Positions 18,161-28,283 of a stretch of DNA of 64,000 bases are shown piece after piece; positions within the stretch are counted from its first letter, which is position 1, and every line of letters starts with the position of its first letter. The notes below the pieces were generated by a model. The model searched no databases, had not been told where the DNA came from, and was given only the letters and a program-made list of their open reading frames with translations. This DNA is from an uncultured Hyphomicrobiales bacterium (GTDB lineage Bacteria > Bacteroidota > Ignavibacteria > Kapaibacteriales > UBA2268). The stretch spans positions 45-64,044 of the forward strand of contig CAYVTD010000012.1 in assembly GCA_964454445.1 (NCBI GenBank), given 5' to 3'. A program made the translations under genes and the position numbers.

Positions 18161-19927
18161 TCAACCAATCATTACTTGCTCTTGAGGCAATGTGTAACGA
18201 ATTTCCTTGTGTGGCTTGAAAAATGCAAGGAAAAATGTAAGAACGCCAATTCTACCTATAAACATTACAATAACATCCACTACCTTCCCTCCAGTGCCTA
18301 GAAGTGGAGATAGATTTCTTGAAAGCCCAACAGTTGATAAAGCTGATACAACCTCAAAAATTAGGTCTAGAGGCTCTTTGTCGGGTTCTATAATAATAAG
18401 AAGGAAAGAAGCAAGAAAAATTGCTAATAACGAAGCCAAGACAACCATCGATGCTTTTTCAACGATTTGGTGGCTGATTTCTCTTCCAAAGATGTTGAGA
18501 TTCTTCTTGCCTCGCATTGTATTAAAAAAAGCAAGAGATAGAATAGCAAAAGTGCTTGTTTTGATGCCTCCGCCAGTCGAACCCGGCGAAGCACCTATCC
18601 ACATAAGGAAAATCAGAAACATTACAGCCGGCGCTCCAAGCAAGCCAATATCTGTTGAATTAAAGCCGGCGGTTCGAGCCGTTACTACTTGGAAAATACT
18701 GTGGAAAAGTTTCGGAAAAAATGTAGTCATCTCGTTAGCTTTATAAGGCTCGATAGCCCATAAAACAAAACCACCAGGAACAACTAATATCATCGTTGTT
18801 ATTACCACAAGTTTTGTCGATAGAGTAAGCTGATATCGGATCCTTTTCTGTCTATGCTTGCGAAAATTTAAAGATGAAAGATTCGTAAGTACAGAAAAAC
18901 CGAGACCGCCTTCGATAATCAATAGCATAATAACAGTTAGAAAGCCATAATTATTAATGACTTCAGGATTCATCAGGTTGCCAGGATACGTTGAAAAGCC
19001 AGCATTGCAAAACGCAGAAACAGAATGGAATACTGCCACTTTCAAATATGAAGAATTAATAGCTGAAAAATCACCACCTAAAAACTTGTATAATAATGCC
19101 GCTCCGACAAGCTCAAGAAAAAAAGTATATAATGTAATGCTTATAAGGATTTTTGTAACACTGCCCAAACTATCCTGACTTAAAAGGTCTTTCATTAGCA
19201 CTCGCATTTTCATCGACATAGCCCCTGAAAAAAAAGATGCGAAAAAAGTAGTAAGCGTCATCACTCCCAAACCGCCTATTTGGATTAGAAAGAGCAATAT
19301 TAATTTACCAAGATAAGTAAAATGCGTTGCTGTATCGACAACGACCAGTCCAGTAACACAAACGCAACTAGTCGAAGTGAAAAGTGCATCTACTACGCTT
19401 ATTCCAGAGTGGGTAGATTTGGGAAGCAAGAGCAACAGCGTTCCAGTAAATATTACAAAAGCAAAGCTGATGGCAAAAATGGCACCAGGATGCAAGGCTA
19501 TTTTTGATATTAAATAACTATATTCAGTTGCACGAAATATTTGGACTAGCACGAGAAAAATAAGAATAAGCTCGAAGTATAATTCTTTGACAATATTCTG
19601 CTCGAGCGATGACAGTAGAAAACTAATTATTGTAGTTAGAAAAGATGGGAAAACTATAATAAAAAGCAGGATAAGAGACAAAATATTTTCGGCAAGCCGT
19701 TTTTTTAAATGGTGGAAAAAGCCATCAGAATAAAACCATCTAAATATTTCCTGAAGAATGTAAATAAAGACTACTATATAAGTGAACATTGGAAGATAAC
19801 TAGCTCCCTCGAACGGCACATAAAAGCCGACATACATAATCAAGACAATAAGAGAGAGCAAACCGATTGACACAGCAAGCCGGTCTAGATAACTGATTAT
19901 TCTACTCTTTTTTAATTCTTTTAACAT
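18161..19927 (-). CDS. trkH: Potassium transporter TrkH/KtrB family
   Basis: It contains TSTSCVCVTGL...IQIGGLGVMT and repeated selectivity-filter-like glycine motifs; it is polytopic. Confidence 0.85.
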   Translation of the reverse strand: MLKELKKSRIISYLDRLAVSIGLLSLIVLIMYVGFYVPFEGASYLPMFTYIVVFIYILQEIFRWFYSDGFFHHLKKRLAENILSLILLFIIVFPSFLTTIISFLLSSLEQNIVKELYFELILIFLVLVQIFRATEYSYLISKIALHPGAIFAISFAFVIFTGTLLLLLPKSTHSGISVVDALFTSTSCVCVTGLVVVDTATHFTYLGKLILLFLIQIGGLGVMTLTTFFASFFSGAMSMKMRVLMKDLLSQDSLGSVTKILISITLYTFFLELVGAALLYKFLGGDFSAINSSYLKVAVFHSVSAFCNAGFSTYPGNLMNPEVINNYGFLTVIMLLIIEGGLGFSVLTNLSSLNFRKHRQKRIRYQLTLSTKLVVITTMILVVPGGFVLWAIEPYKANEMTTFFPKLFHSIFQVVTARTAGFNSTDIGLLGAPAVMFLIFLMWIGASPGSTGGGIKTSTFAILSLAFFNTMRGKKNLNIFGREISHQIVEKASMVVLASLLAIFLASFLLIIIEPDKEPLDLIFEVVSALSTVGLSRNLSPLLGTGGKVVDVIVMFIGRIGVLTFFLAFFKPHKEIRYTLPQEQVMIG

Positions 19928-19936
19928 AAAACACCA

Positions 19937-21127
19937 CTATTTGCCTGCTTTTCGCAATGGCTGGGCTGCATATTCATAAGTTGTTACTTTTATTAATTCT
20001 TTGTTTTTCACATCGCCTTTGTATTGACCTTCGTAACTACCGAAAAACTCTTTTTGCACAATTTTTCCTTTGGAAAACTCAACTTTTGTATCTTTCGAGC
20101 TAAAAACTTCTCGATGAAGACAATAGCTCATTTCCTTTATATCAGCATTAACGAAGCCAAAATTATTTGGAATGTAATTGCCCTTCCAATCGATATATTT
20201 AGCCGAATGGAGCTTGTCATATTGTTTTGTTTTATTATTATACTTAAATTCTTCGAACATAGCTTCATAACCATTTTCAGCATAATCAAATACCATTTTC
20301 GTGGAGGTTTCGTCAAGTTCCTTCATTTCTTTGTCTGGAAAACCAATGATGGCAATAGTTTGTCCTTTCGCATTTTTTTCTGTCTTATACCATTCTTCGA
20401 CAGGATGCATCGAGCAATCTGGCTCGCTAGTGCGATAGTAGGTTGGATTGCCATCGATATCAAATTCTGTGGCAACCTGATAAATGATTTTTCCAAATTT
20501 ATCACCTTCTTCTATCGAATATATCTTTTTATTTTGGATGAAGTAAGTCAGATAGCTCCCGTCTTTTTGCCCGGCATCTTTAGGAAAAAACTGCAAAATA
20601 TATTCATCTCGCTCTTTGCCTCCATCAACATTTACATAACCGGGAATATTAGGATATCTGGCTCCTCTTTCTGATATAAGGAAACCTTCATTGTTGTAAG
20701 TAAATGAATTCTCGCGAACCAACATCTCTATGTTATCAACAATCTGATATTCTGCCTCATTTAATTTATGCAGGTATTCTTTGTCGTAGCAAGTTTTATA
20801 GAGCGTCGTCTTTTCTCCTCCAAAAATCACTGTCGAACTAGTAGGCAAACGATTCTCGTCAAACTCTACCTCGATTGTCTGTGTTATTTTGCCTTCATTA
20901 TTCTTATGAACAGATTTTTTCCAGAAATAATCATCTGGCTTTTCGTAGATATATTCAATAATGGTTGTGTCTTTTTCTCCATCGTTGATTTCTATAACTG
21001 TCTGCTTGGATATTTTCAAGTATTGTTTACCATCGGGAACATCAGTCGTGGAAAGATCATCTTTTCTTGAACAAGAGGCAAATAAAACCAAGATTCCAAG
21101 AATTAAAAAGGCAAGTTTTCTTTTCAT
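19937..21127 (-). CDS. Hypothetical lipoprotein
   Basis: It has a signal peptide with a lipobox (LFASCS) and no recognisable domain. Confidence 0.4.
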   Translation of the reverse strand: MKRKLAFLILGILVLFASCSRKDDLSTTDVPDGKQYLKISKQTVIEINDGEKDTTIIEYIYEKPDDYFWKKSVHKNNEGKITQTIEVEFDENRLPTSSTVIFGGEKTTLYKTCYDKEYLHKLNEAEYQIVDNIEMLVRENSFTYNNEGFLISERGARYPNIPGYVNVDGGKERDEYILQFFPKDAGQKDGSYLTYFIQNKKIYSIEEGDKFGKIIYQVATEFDIDGNPTYYRTSEPDCSMHPVEEWYKTEKNAKGQTIAIIGFPDKEMKELDETSTKMVFDYAENGYEAMFEEFKYNNKTKQYDKLHSAKYIDWKGNYIPNNFGFVNADIKEMSYCLHREVFSSKDTKVEFSKGKIVQKEFFGSYEGQYKGDVKNKELIKVTTYEYAAQPLRKAGK

Positions 21128-21333
21128 TATTCACTCCATAAGATTTGAACATTACACAAAAAACAAACGCAAATATCGAAAAAAATGTTAAAAACAAAAA
21201 GAAAAATGGTAAAAAGTATTTAAATAAATGAAAAATGAATAATATCACTTTTAAGGCAATTATTTTTTCGTTAAATTGATTTTTGAGTTCTTTTAAAGTT
21301 AATAAATGTAAGTTTCAATAGGAGGAGTCAAGT

Positions 21334-24300
21334 ATGAAGCCAATTTATCGACACATATTCTCAAAACATAGTGCTATTATGCTGTTAATGCTATGCCTTG
21401 CATTAATGTCTGCTAATGCACAAATAACCACAAAAGGCAAGGACTTTTGGTTCGGATTCATGGAGAACTACAACGAAGACAATCTTACTTTGAAAGTATT
21501 TATTAGCTCCGAGAATAACGCTAGCGGGGTTATCAGCATACCGCAAAACAACTGGACGCAGAATTTTACGGTTACTGCCAATCAAAGCACAATAATTGCC
21601 ATACCCAACAATGTCGGGCACAGTAAGGGCGCTGGTGCGCAAAAAACAGCAATTCACGTTACTACCGACAATGAAGTAAATGTCTTTGCTATGAATTACC
21701 GCAAGGAAAGTTCAGATGGTACTTTGGTTTTACCAACTAATGCATTAGGCAGCAATTATTATGTTATGTCATATACTCCAATGATTAATTCAGAATTTTT
21801 AATTATTGGGGTTGAAGCCAACACTAAATTAGATATAATTTCGCCGTCTGGCACTAAATCGACTTTGACTCTTAACAAAGGCGATGCATACCAATTTAAA
21901 TCAAAAGAAGACTATACCGGGTATTACATCAGTTCTGATGCTTATGGAGCCAAGCCCTTTGCAGTATTTAGCGGTAATCAATGCGTAAATATACCTCCTT
22001 CGATAAGTGCTTGCGATCATATTGTCGAGCAGCTTTTTCCGGTTCGCTCATGGAGACGAACCTTTGTTACAGTGCCTCTACAAACCCGCAACGGCGACAC
22101 ATACAGAATTTTAGCATCCAGAAACAATACAGAAATCAAAATAAATGGCACTTCGGTAGCAGCCCTCAATCAGGGACAATTCTATGAATTAATTTTAAAA
22201 TCTCCAAGTGTCATTGCAGGTAATTATCCTATATGCGTTGCTCAATATAGCAATGGTCAGTCTTATGATAATGCCAATGCAGACCCGTTTATGATAATTT
22301 TAAGCCCTGTCGATCAAACAAGATATGACATTACTTTCCACGTCTTCGATTTCCCAAATATTTCTCATAATTATCTTAATGTTGTTACCAAAACTTCATG
22401 TGTAAGCACTTTGCGGCTCGATGGAGCTGTGATTTCTTCAGCCTTTTCACAAGTTCCATTCGATCCGAGTTACTCTTATGCACAACTTTCCATTTCGCCT
22501 GGCTCGCACCGGTTAATTGGCAATGAAGATTGCGGATTCAATGCTTATGTCTATGGTTACGGTAGTTACGATTCTTATGGCTATTCGGCTGGAACTAGTT
22601 TGGATACTCTATCAATTTCCCTTGTAGTCAATACAAACTGCGCAGGCACCCCAACGGAATTTTTTGTAAAATCGCGCCCATACACCATCAAGAATTATAA
22701 TTGGAACTTTGGAGATGGGAGTACATCATCGCTCGAGCGCCCAAAGCACGCATACAAATCAGGCGGGGTTTACGAAGTGCGACTCGTGGTTACTTATGAC
22801 GACAATGAGAAAGACACTTCAGTCCAAACCTTTGTGATTACCGAACCTAAAGCAAAAATATATTATACTGGAGGAGGTTGCGGTAATCTCAAACTCCAAT
22901 TTACAAATATGTCCACTGTTGTTGGAGGAGTAATTAATTATTATGAATGGGATTTCGGCGATGGTAACAAATCTTTTGTAGAAAATCCTGAACATATTTA
23001 CAACAAGGTCGGTGAATATGATATTGTCCTGATGGTTAGAACAACGAATGGATGTATTTCCTTTGATACAACAAAAATTAATATTTATCCAATGCCAAAA
23101 GTAAATGCCGGAGCAGATGTGGAAATATGCTTGAATAGCTCAACAGAAATAGGCAGCCCTGCAACTAGCGGCACTGCACCATACATTTATCAATGGTCGC
23201 CTTCCACTGGTCTGGATGCCGTCGATAAGCCAACAGTCATTGCCTCACCAAAGGTAACAACAAACTATATTGTTACTGTAACAGATAAACACGGCTGCAT
23301 TGGAAGGGATACAATTCAAGTAATTGTCAATCCGCTTCCGGTTGCTAACGCAGGAAATGATGTTAATATATGTTTTGGCGAAACAATAACCATCGGTTCT
23401 CCAGCTACTGGAGGCACTCCCCCTTATGTAAAATATGAATGGTCTCCTGCCGAAGGGCTAAGTGCAACAAATACTTCTTCTGTCGATGCTTCACCTTTAG
23501 ATACGACAGTATATATTGTAACAGTAACCGATTCCAAAGGATGTATTGATACAGATACAATTAGAGTAAATGTTTGGCCCCTTCCAACACCGGTTATCAA
23601 ACCATTAGGTCCCACTTGGTTTTGCTCTTGCGACAGTGTAATATTAGATGCACAAAACTTCGGTTATACTAACTATTTGTGGTCAACAGGCGAAACAACA
23701 AGAATGATTACTGTTCGCGACCCTGGCAATTATACCGTTACGGTAACTGATACCAATGGCTGTGTGAATACATCACCCCCGGAGACCATTAGCGTTACTT
23801 ATCCCACTGCCAAGATAGCATTACCCTCAACCATTCAATCTGCCAGTACTGGTTCTCAAATCAGCATCCCACTTTTTATCAAAGAATCAGAACATCTTGA
23901 CACTTGCAAGGTATATAAATATCAGGTAAAGATCAGAATGAAACGCTCTTGTCTCGTGCCAATGGATCCTAATAACAAAGGAAATATCGTTGGAGAAGAA
24001 AGAACAATGACATTGAACGGCACAAGAAAACAAGGCGATAGCGTTTTAATGCTCTTTGATTTTATGGCAGTTTTAGGAAATACATCATCGACTTCGCTTG
24101 AAATAATCGATTTCCAATGGCTCGATTGCCCATTTCAAGTCGATACAAGCGGTTCATTTTTCCAAATTGATAATATTTGTCTTGCTGGAAACAAAGAGCG
24201 TCTCTATTTCGAAAATTCCAATCAAATTTCACTAATGCCAAGTATAATAAACTCACAAACAGATGTCCTTTATAAAGTTGCCGAAGATGGCATAGCTAAG

Positions 24301-24474
24301 CTATTTGTTGTCGATATTCTCGGAAGGACGGTCGATAAAATTCTCGAACACAACCATAAGGCAGGATTTTATCAAATCACTTATGATGCTTCAAAAATTA
24401 ACACCGGAATATATTTCTTTGTTCTACAGTCCCCAACTAAAGTTGTTACTAAAATGGCTGAGGTGCAAAAATGA
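21334..24474 (+). CDS. Large T9SS-secreted cell-surface adhesin-like protein with an N-terminal IgGFc-binding-like domain, PKD domains, about four tandem Ig-like Cys-containing repeats (SprB-type) and a C-terminal sorting domain
   Basis: PKD motifs (NWNFGDGSTSS and WDFGDGNKSF) are present. Repeats of ~80 aa of the form NAG.DV.IC......IGSPAT.GT.PY...WSP..GL are visible. The C-terminal domain (KLFVVDILGRTVDKI...GIYFFVLQSPTKVVTKMAEVQK) matches the T9SS sorting-domain pattern. Confidence 0.7.
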   Translation: MKPIYRHIFSKHSAIMLLMLCLALMSANAQITTKGKDFWFGFMENYNEDNLTLKVFISSENNASGVISIPQNNWTQNFTVTANQSTIIAIPNNVGHSKGAGAQKTAIHVTTDNEVNVFAMNYRKESSDGTLVLPTNALGSNYYVMSYTPMINSEFLIIGVEANTKLDIISPSGTKSTLTLNKGDAYQFKSKEDYTGYYISSDAYGAKPFAVFSGNQCVNIPPSISACDHIVEQLFPVRSWRRTFVTVPLQTRNGDTYRILASRNNTEIKINGTSVAALNQGQFYELILKSPSVIAGNYPICVAQYSNGQSYDNANADPFMIILSPVDQTRYDITFHVFDFPNISHNYLNVVTKTSCVSTLRLDGAVISSAFSQVPFDPSYSYAQLSISPGSHRLIGNEDCGFNAYVYGYGSYDSYGYSAGTSLDTLSISLVVNTNCAGTPTEFFVKSRPYTIKNYNWNFGDGSTSSLERPKHAYKSGGVYEVRLVVTYDDNEKDTSVQTFVITEPKAKIYYTGGGCGNLKLQFTNMSTVVGGVINYYEWDFGDGNKSFVENPEHIYNKVGEYDIVLMVRTTNGCISFDTTKINIYPMPKVNAGADVEICLNSSTEIGSPATSGTAPYIYQWSPSTGLDAVDKPTVIASPKVTTNYIVTVTDKHGCIGRDTIQVIVNPLPVANAGNDVNICFGETITIGSPATGGTPPYVKYEWSPAEGLSATNTSSVDASPLDTTVYIVTVTDSKGCIDTDTIRVNVWPLPTPVIKPLGPTWFCSCDSVILDAQNFGYTNYLWSTGETTRMITVRDPGNYTVTVTDTNGCVNTSPPETISVTYPTAKIALPSTIQSASTGSQISIPLFIKESEHLDTCKVYKYQVKIRMKRSCLVPMDPNNKGNIVGEERTMTLNGTRKQGDSVLMLFDFMAVLGNTSSTSLEIIDFQWLDCPFQVDTSGSFFQIDNICLAGNKERLYFENSNQISLMPSIINSQTDVLYKVAEDGIAKLFVVDILGRTVDKILEHNHKAGFYQITYDASKINTGIYFFVLQSPTKVVTKMAEVQK

Positions 24475-26465
24475 AAAAAATAATATTAATAATTTGTATA
24501 GCTATTTTCCCATTATCGATATTTGCGCAATTTAGCCCAATCGTAACCAATCAAGGCAATGATGCTGATCCTTATACTCACAGCCGTTATGGCGTTTGGC
24601 TACATTACAACATTAATTTCCACCGGGCTGACTATCTTGCGCAAGAAATTAAAGTCGAAAGTTGTTGTGACGGTTTTGAAAATGCAAATGGAAGCGGGTT
24701 TTCCTTTGGTTTACTTTATGAAATGCCTTTAGTAACTGATTTACTCCTCGGCATAAGAGCAGGATATTTTATGAATGGCGCTAAACTTGTTGCCAAAGAA
24801 CCGATAACATCAGGATTATATGATTACGATCATGATACTTGGATAGATGGATTGTTCGAGCATTCTCTCGATTTGACAATCAATCAAATAGCTCTCGAAC
24901 CAATGGTCAACTATCGTTTTTGGGACCAACTTGCTATCCACGGAGGCTTCCATTTCAGTTTTGCCAACCTTAGCAAGGAATATTCTCATAAAGAAAAAAT
25001 CCTCAAGCCTGCAACTGGAGTTTTTGAAACAGGTACCCGCGAGCGACTCCTTAGCAAGGGAGATATCCAAGATATTTCGGGCATTGGATTCGGTTTAATC
25101 GCTGGACTTAGCTATGAATTTGCATTGGATAGAAACAAGAACTTTTTGCTAGCACCGGAGATCTTTTACCATTATTCACTTACTACGCAAGTTCCCGATG
25201 TTAATTGGAATATCGATAATTTGCGAATGGGGCTTGCGTTTAAATACTGCCCATTTTCGCCTGGAAAATCTAAAAGTATTCTCAAAGGCGATATCAAGGC
25301 TAGTGGACTACTTCCTGATGGTTCTCTCAGCGAGAGCATCGTTCTAAAAGTCGAAGAGTTCGAATCGACAAGAATGCGTCCCTTGCTAACTTATATCTTT
25401 TTCGATGAAAACTCAGATAAAATTCCTGAACGTTATGAATCACTCACCGCAGAGCAGACTAGCAGGTTTAACATCGATAAGCTACACGGCTACGGAGTAA
25501 TCGAAACCTACAGGAATATATTAAATATCATCGGAAAAAGAATGTTAGAGCATCCAGAGGCAAAAATCGCCATCGAAGGCTGCAATTCAAATCAGGGAGC
25601 CGAGAAAAACAACTTAACCTTGTCAAAAAACAGAGCCGTTGCTGTGCGTGATTATTTGCAGAATGTTTGGGGCATTCCTGCCGACAGAATGTTGCTATCC
25701 GAGCGTAATCTCCCCGTTGAGCCATCAAATGTAAACGATCCCGACGGTATCGTTGAAAACCGCCGCGTCGAGATTACTTCCAATTTGATGGATATTATTG
25801 CTCCAATCATAACTAAAGACACCCTTCGCCTCGTTAATCCACCTAAAGTAGTTTTTAACCCAAGTTACAGAAGCGACGCTGGTCTTGTAAATTGGTTAAT
25901 TAATGCCGAACAGGACGGAAAAACTATCCAGACCTTTGATGGTGCTGGATCACCTCCAGAACAAATCGAATGGACTTTCCGCCGCGAACCGAATTCCATA
26001 CCCAAGAAAGATGCCATGCTTAAATATAATATGATATTGCTCGATGCAGAAAATCAAACATTGACGACCGATACCAAATCTCTGCCTGTCGAACAGATTA
26101 CAATAAGCCAAAAACGCCGTAATCGCGTTGCTGACAAATATATAGACGAATATTCGCTAATACTTTTTGAATTTGACAAATCGAAATTAAGTTATTACAA
26201 TACCCAAATTATTGATTTGATTAAATCAAAAATGACACTACAGTCGGAAGTTTTCATATCCGGACATACCGACAGGATTGGAAACGCTGATTACAACAAA
26301 CGTTTATCAGCAGAGCGAGCAGGGGTTGTTGCCAAGTCGCTGCCTCAAGTGAAAAATTCTACAGGTTTCGGCAGCGAAGAGCAGCTTTTCGACAACAATT
26401 ATCCTGAAGGCAGGTTCTATTGCAGACGCGTAGATATTCGTGTAGAAACACCCGTTGAAAGATAG
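24471..26465 (+). CDS. Outer-membrane protein with an N-terminal beta-barrel and two OmpA-like peptidoglycan-binding domains; a possible PorP/SprF-like partner of the upstream adhesin
   Basis: Its start overlaps the stop of the upstream gene in an ATGA arrangement, implying translational coupling. Two OmpA_C-like motifs are present (NRAVAVRDYL...ENRRVEI and TDRIGNADYNKRLSAERAGVV...CRRVDIRV). It has a signal peptide. Confidence 0.65.
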   Translation: MKKIILIICIAIFPLSIFAQFSPIVTNQGNDADPYTHSRYGVWLHYNINFHRADYLAQEIKVESCCDGFENANGSGFSFGLLYEMPLVTDLLLGIRAGYFMNGAKLVAKEPITSGLYDYDHDTWIDGLFEHSLDLTINQIALEPMVNYRFWDQLAIHGGFHFSFANLSKEYSHKEKILKPATGVFETGTRERLLSKGDIQDISGIGFGLIAGLSYEFALDRNKNFLLAPEIFYHYSLTTQVPDVNWNIDNLRMGLAFKYCPFSPGKSKSILKGDIKASGLLPDGSLSESIVLKVEEFESTRMRPLLTYIFFDENSDKIPERYESLTAEQTSRFNIDKLHGYGVIETYRNILNIIGKRMLEHPEAKIAIEGCNSNQGAEKNNLTLSKNRAVAVRDYLQNVWGIPADRMLLSERNLPVEPSNVNDPDGIVENRRVEITSNLMDIIAPIITKDTLRLVNPPKVVFNPSYRSDAGLVNWLINAEQDGKTIQTFDGAGSPPEQIEWTFRREPNSIPKKDAMLKYNMILLDAENQTLTTDTKSLPVEQITISQKRRNRVADKYIDEYSLILFEFDKSKLSYYNTQIIDLIKSKMTLQSEVFISGHTDRIGNADYNKRLSAERAGVVAKSLPQVKNSTGFGSEEQLFDNNYPEGRFYCRRVDIRVETPVER

Positions 26466-26549
26466 AGGATTACTTTTATCACACTACACGTTTTTTTTTT
26501 TCGTCTTATGCTCTAATAAACGAAATAATTTCACAATAGGAGTTTTTTT

Positions 26550-27257
26550 ATGAAAACAGCCATTATTTCAGTAATTGCGCTTGCTGTCTTGTCTCTTGCA
26601 TCTTTTGCCCAGCCAAAACTCGAAATTGTCGGTGGAGATACATACAACTGGGGACAAGTTTCTCCCAAAGATTCACCTCTGAAAGCCAAAATAAAATTAA
26701 AAAACTCTGGTAATCAAACATTAAATATCGAAAACGTCAAGCCAACTTGCGGTTGCACCACTGCTCCACTCGATAAAAACATTCTTCAGCCAGGCGAAAC
26801 TGCCACACTCGACGTTACGCTCAACGTAACAAGTCGAAATCAGGAAGTTAGCAAATCTATCAGGATTACTTCTAACGACCCGGCTCAAAACCTGAAAGTG
26901 CTTCAATTAAAGGCAAATGTCGTTGTTGAATTAGAAATCGGTCCTACCCCGTATTTTGTTTTTAAAGATATGGAAGTCGGCAAAGAAGCGGAGGCTTCTC
27001 TTGTTATTTCCAACCATTCGAAGAAAATAGTTAAAATAGAATCCATTGAAATTACACCTGAAAACTTCGTTATTAATATTCCAAAAAAAATAACATTAAA
27101 AGCTGGCGAAAGCAAAGAAATCATCGGAAAAGTTGTTCCAAAAGAAGCAGGCTATTTCAGCTCTAAACTAACATTGAAAACAGATTTCCCCGATTATGAA
27201 ACACTTGTAATCCCCGGTTATGGCAACGTAAAAGAATCAAAAATTTTCAATAATTGA
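26550..27257 (+). CDS. Secreted DUF1573 domain protein (two copies of the domain)
   Basis: It has a signal peptide. The motif NSGNQTLNIENVKPTCGCT matches the DUF1573 hallmark (CGCT), and a second related half follows. Confidence 0.55.
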   Translation: MKTAIISVIALAVLSLASFAQPKLEIVGGDTYNWGQVSPKDSPLKAKIKLKNSGNQTLNIENVKPTCGCTTAPLDKNILQPGETATLDVTLNVTSRNQEVSKSIRITSNDPAQNLKVLQLKANVVVELEIGPTPYFVFKDMEVGKEAEASLVISNHSKKIVKIESIEITPENFVINIPKKITLKAGESKEIIGKVVPKEAGYFSSKLTLKTDFPDYETLVIPGYGNVKESKIFNN

Positions 27258-27288
27258 CAATTATTAATTTGACTGAAGATTATTTATT

Positions 27289-28203
27289 TTGAACGAATTA
27301 ACAAAAAGAATCATCGTAGCGGCAATCGGCATACCGATTGCCGTTGTTTTGATTTATGCCGGCGGCGTCATATTTACAGCAGCAGTAATTATAATTTCAG
27401 CTCTCACTCTTTCCGAATTTTACAAATTAACTGAAAAAAAGGGAGCCAAACCTCATAAGTTCACCGGCATTCTCGCATCTGTTGCTCTACAATCTTCCTT
27501 ATATTTCGTTTTTGTTAATAGCGAATTATCCTCACTGTCTTTCATAGTCCTTATGTCGCTAATGCTATTAAGTGTTATAGTTTTTTCATTCGAACTATGG
27601 TTAAACCACAAGAATTCTATCATTAATACATCAGTAACAATAAGCGGCATTTTATATATATCTTTTACTTTAGGGGCGCTTATTGGCATACGAAATATCC
27701 ATAATTTCAACTGGCAACAACTATCAGGCGTTTTTCCTGATTTTGCAATTAAAATACGTTCGTACCAGCTTTTCGAGGGATTCGATGATAGGTGGAGTGC
27801 AGGAATTCTACTCTCGATATTTGCAACAGCTTGGATTAGCGACACTGCGGCATATTTTACAGGAAAAAAAATAGGGAAAAACAAGCTCTTCCCCCGTGTT
27901 AGTCCCAAAAAAACCTGGGAAGGAGCCATAGCTGCATTTATTTCTGGAATTATCGCATTTCTTGGACTTACCGAGCTTCTTTCCCCAGGCTTTCCTCTAA
28001 TTCACATAATTGTAACTGGTATTATTATAAGCATAATAGGACAAATCGGCGACCTTGCTGAATCTCAATTAAAAAGAGATTCCAATGTTAAAGACAGTTC
28101 TTCTGTTTTACCCGGGCATGGTGGTTTTCTCGACCGATTTGACAGTATTATTTTCATTGCTCCAGTTGTTTTTTTGTATCTGCTCGCCTCAGTTCTATTT
28201 TAA
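27289..28203 (+). CDS. cdsA: Phosphatidate cytidylyltransferase (CDP-diglyceride synthase)
   Basis: It has KKTWEGAIAAF and the signature GHGGFLDRFDS, and is polytopic. It uses a TTG start. Confidence 0.85.
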   Translation: MNELTKRIIVAAIGIPIAVVLIYAGGVIFTAAVIIISALTLSEFYKLTEKKGAKPHKFTGILASVALQSSLYFVFVNSELSSLSFIVLMSLMLLSVIVFSFELWLNHKNSIINTSVTISGILYISFTLGALIGIRNIHNFNWQQLSGVFPDFAIKIRSYQLFEGFDDRWSAGILLSIFATAWISDTAAYFTGKKIGKNKLFPRVSPKKTWEGAIAAFISGIIAFLGLTELLSPGFPLIHIIVTGIIISIIGQIGDLAESQLKRDSNVKDSSSVLPGHGGFLDRFDSIIFIAPVVFLYLLASVLF

Positions 28204-28283
28204 TACTGACTTTCCTTTAAGAAAAATAAATAATAAATAGCAAACACTAACAAAGTAGTGCCAACTGTATAACATTGATACAA

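Noticed and set aside
20024-20674. A 216-aa plus-strand ORF antisense to the lipoprotein gene
   Set aside because: It is an AT-rich antisense frame with Phe/Ile-rich nonsense composition, and the minus-strand gene has a clean signal peptide and lipobox.
26466-26549. A T12 run after the OmpA-domain gene, considered as an intrinsic terminator
   Set aside because: I could find no convincing upstream GC-rich hairpin by eye. It may still contribute to termination, but I did not call it.
28240-28275. A TGGCAC-containing sigma-54-like motif downstream of murQ
   Set aside because: Its spacing is off by one (GG-N9-GT) and no gene lies downstream in the right orientation, since the motif points into the 3' end of cdsA in antisense.
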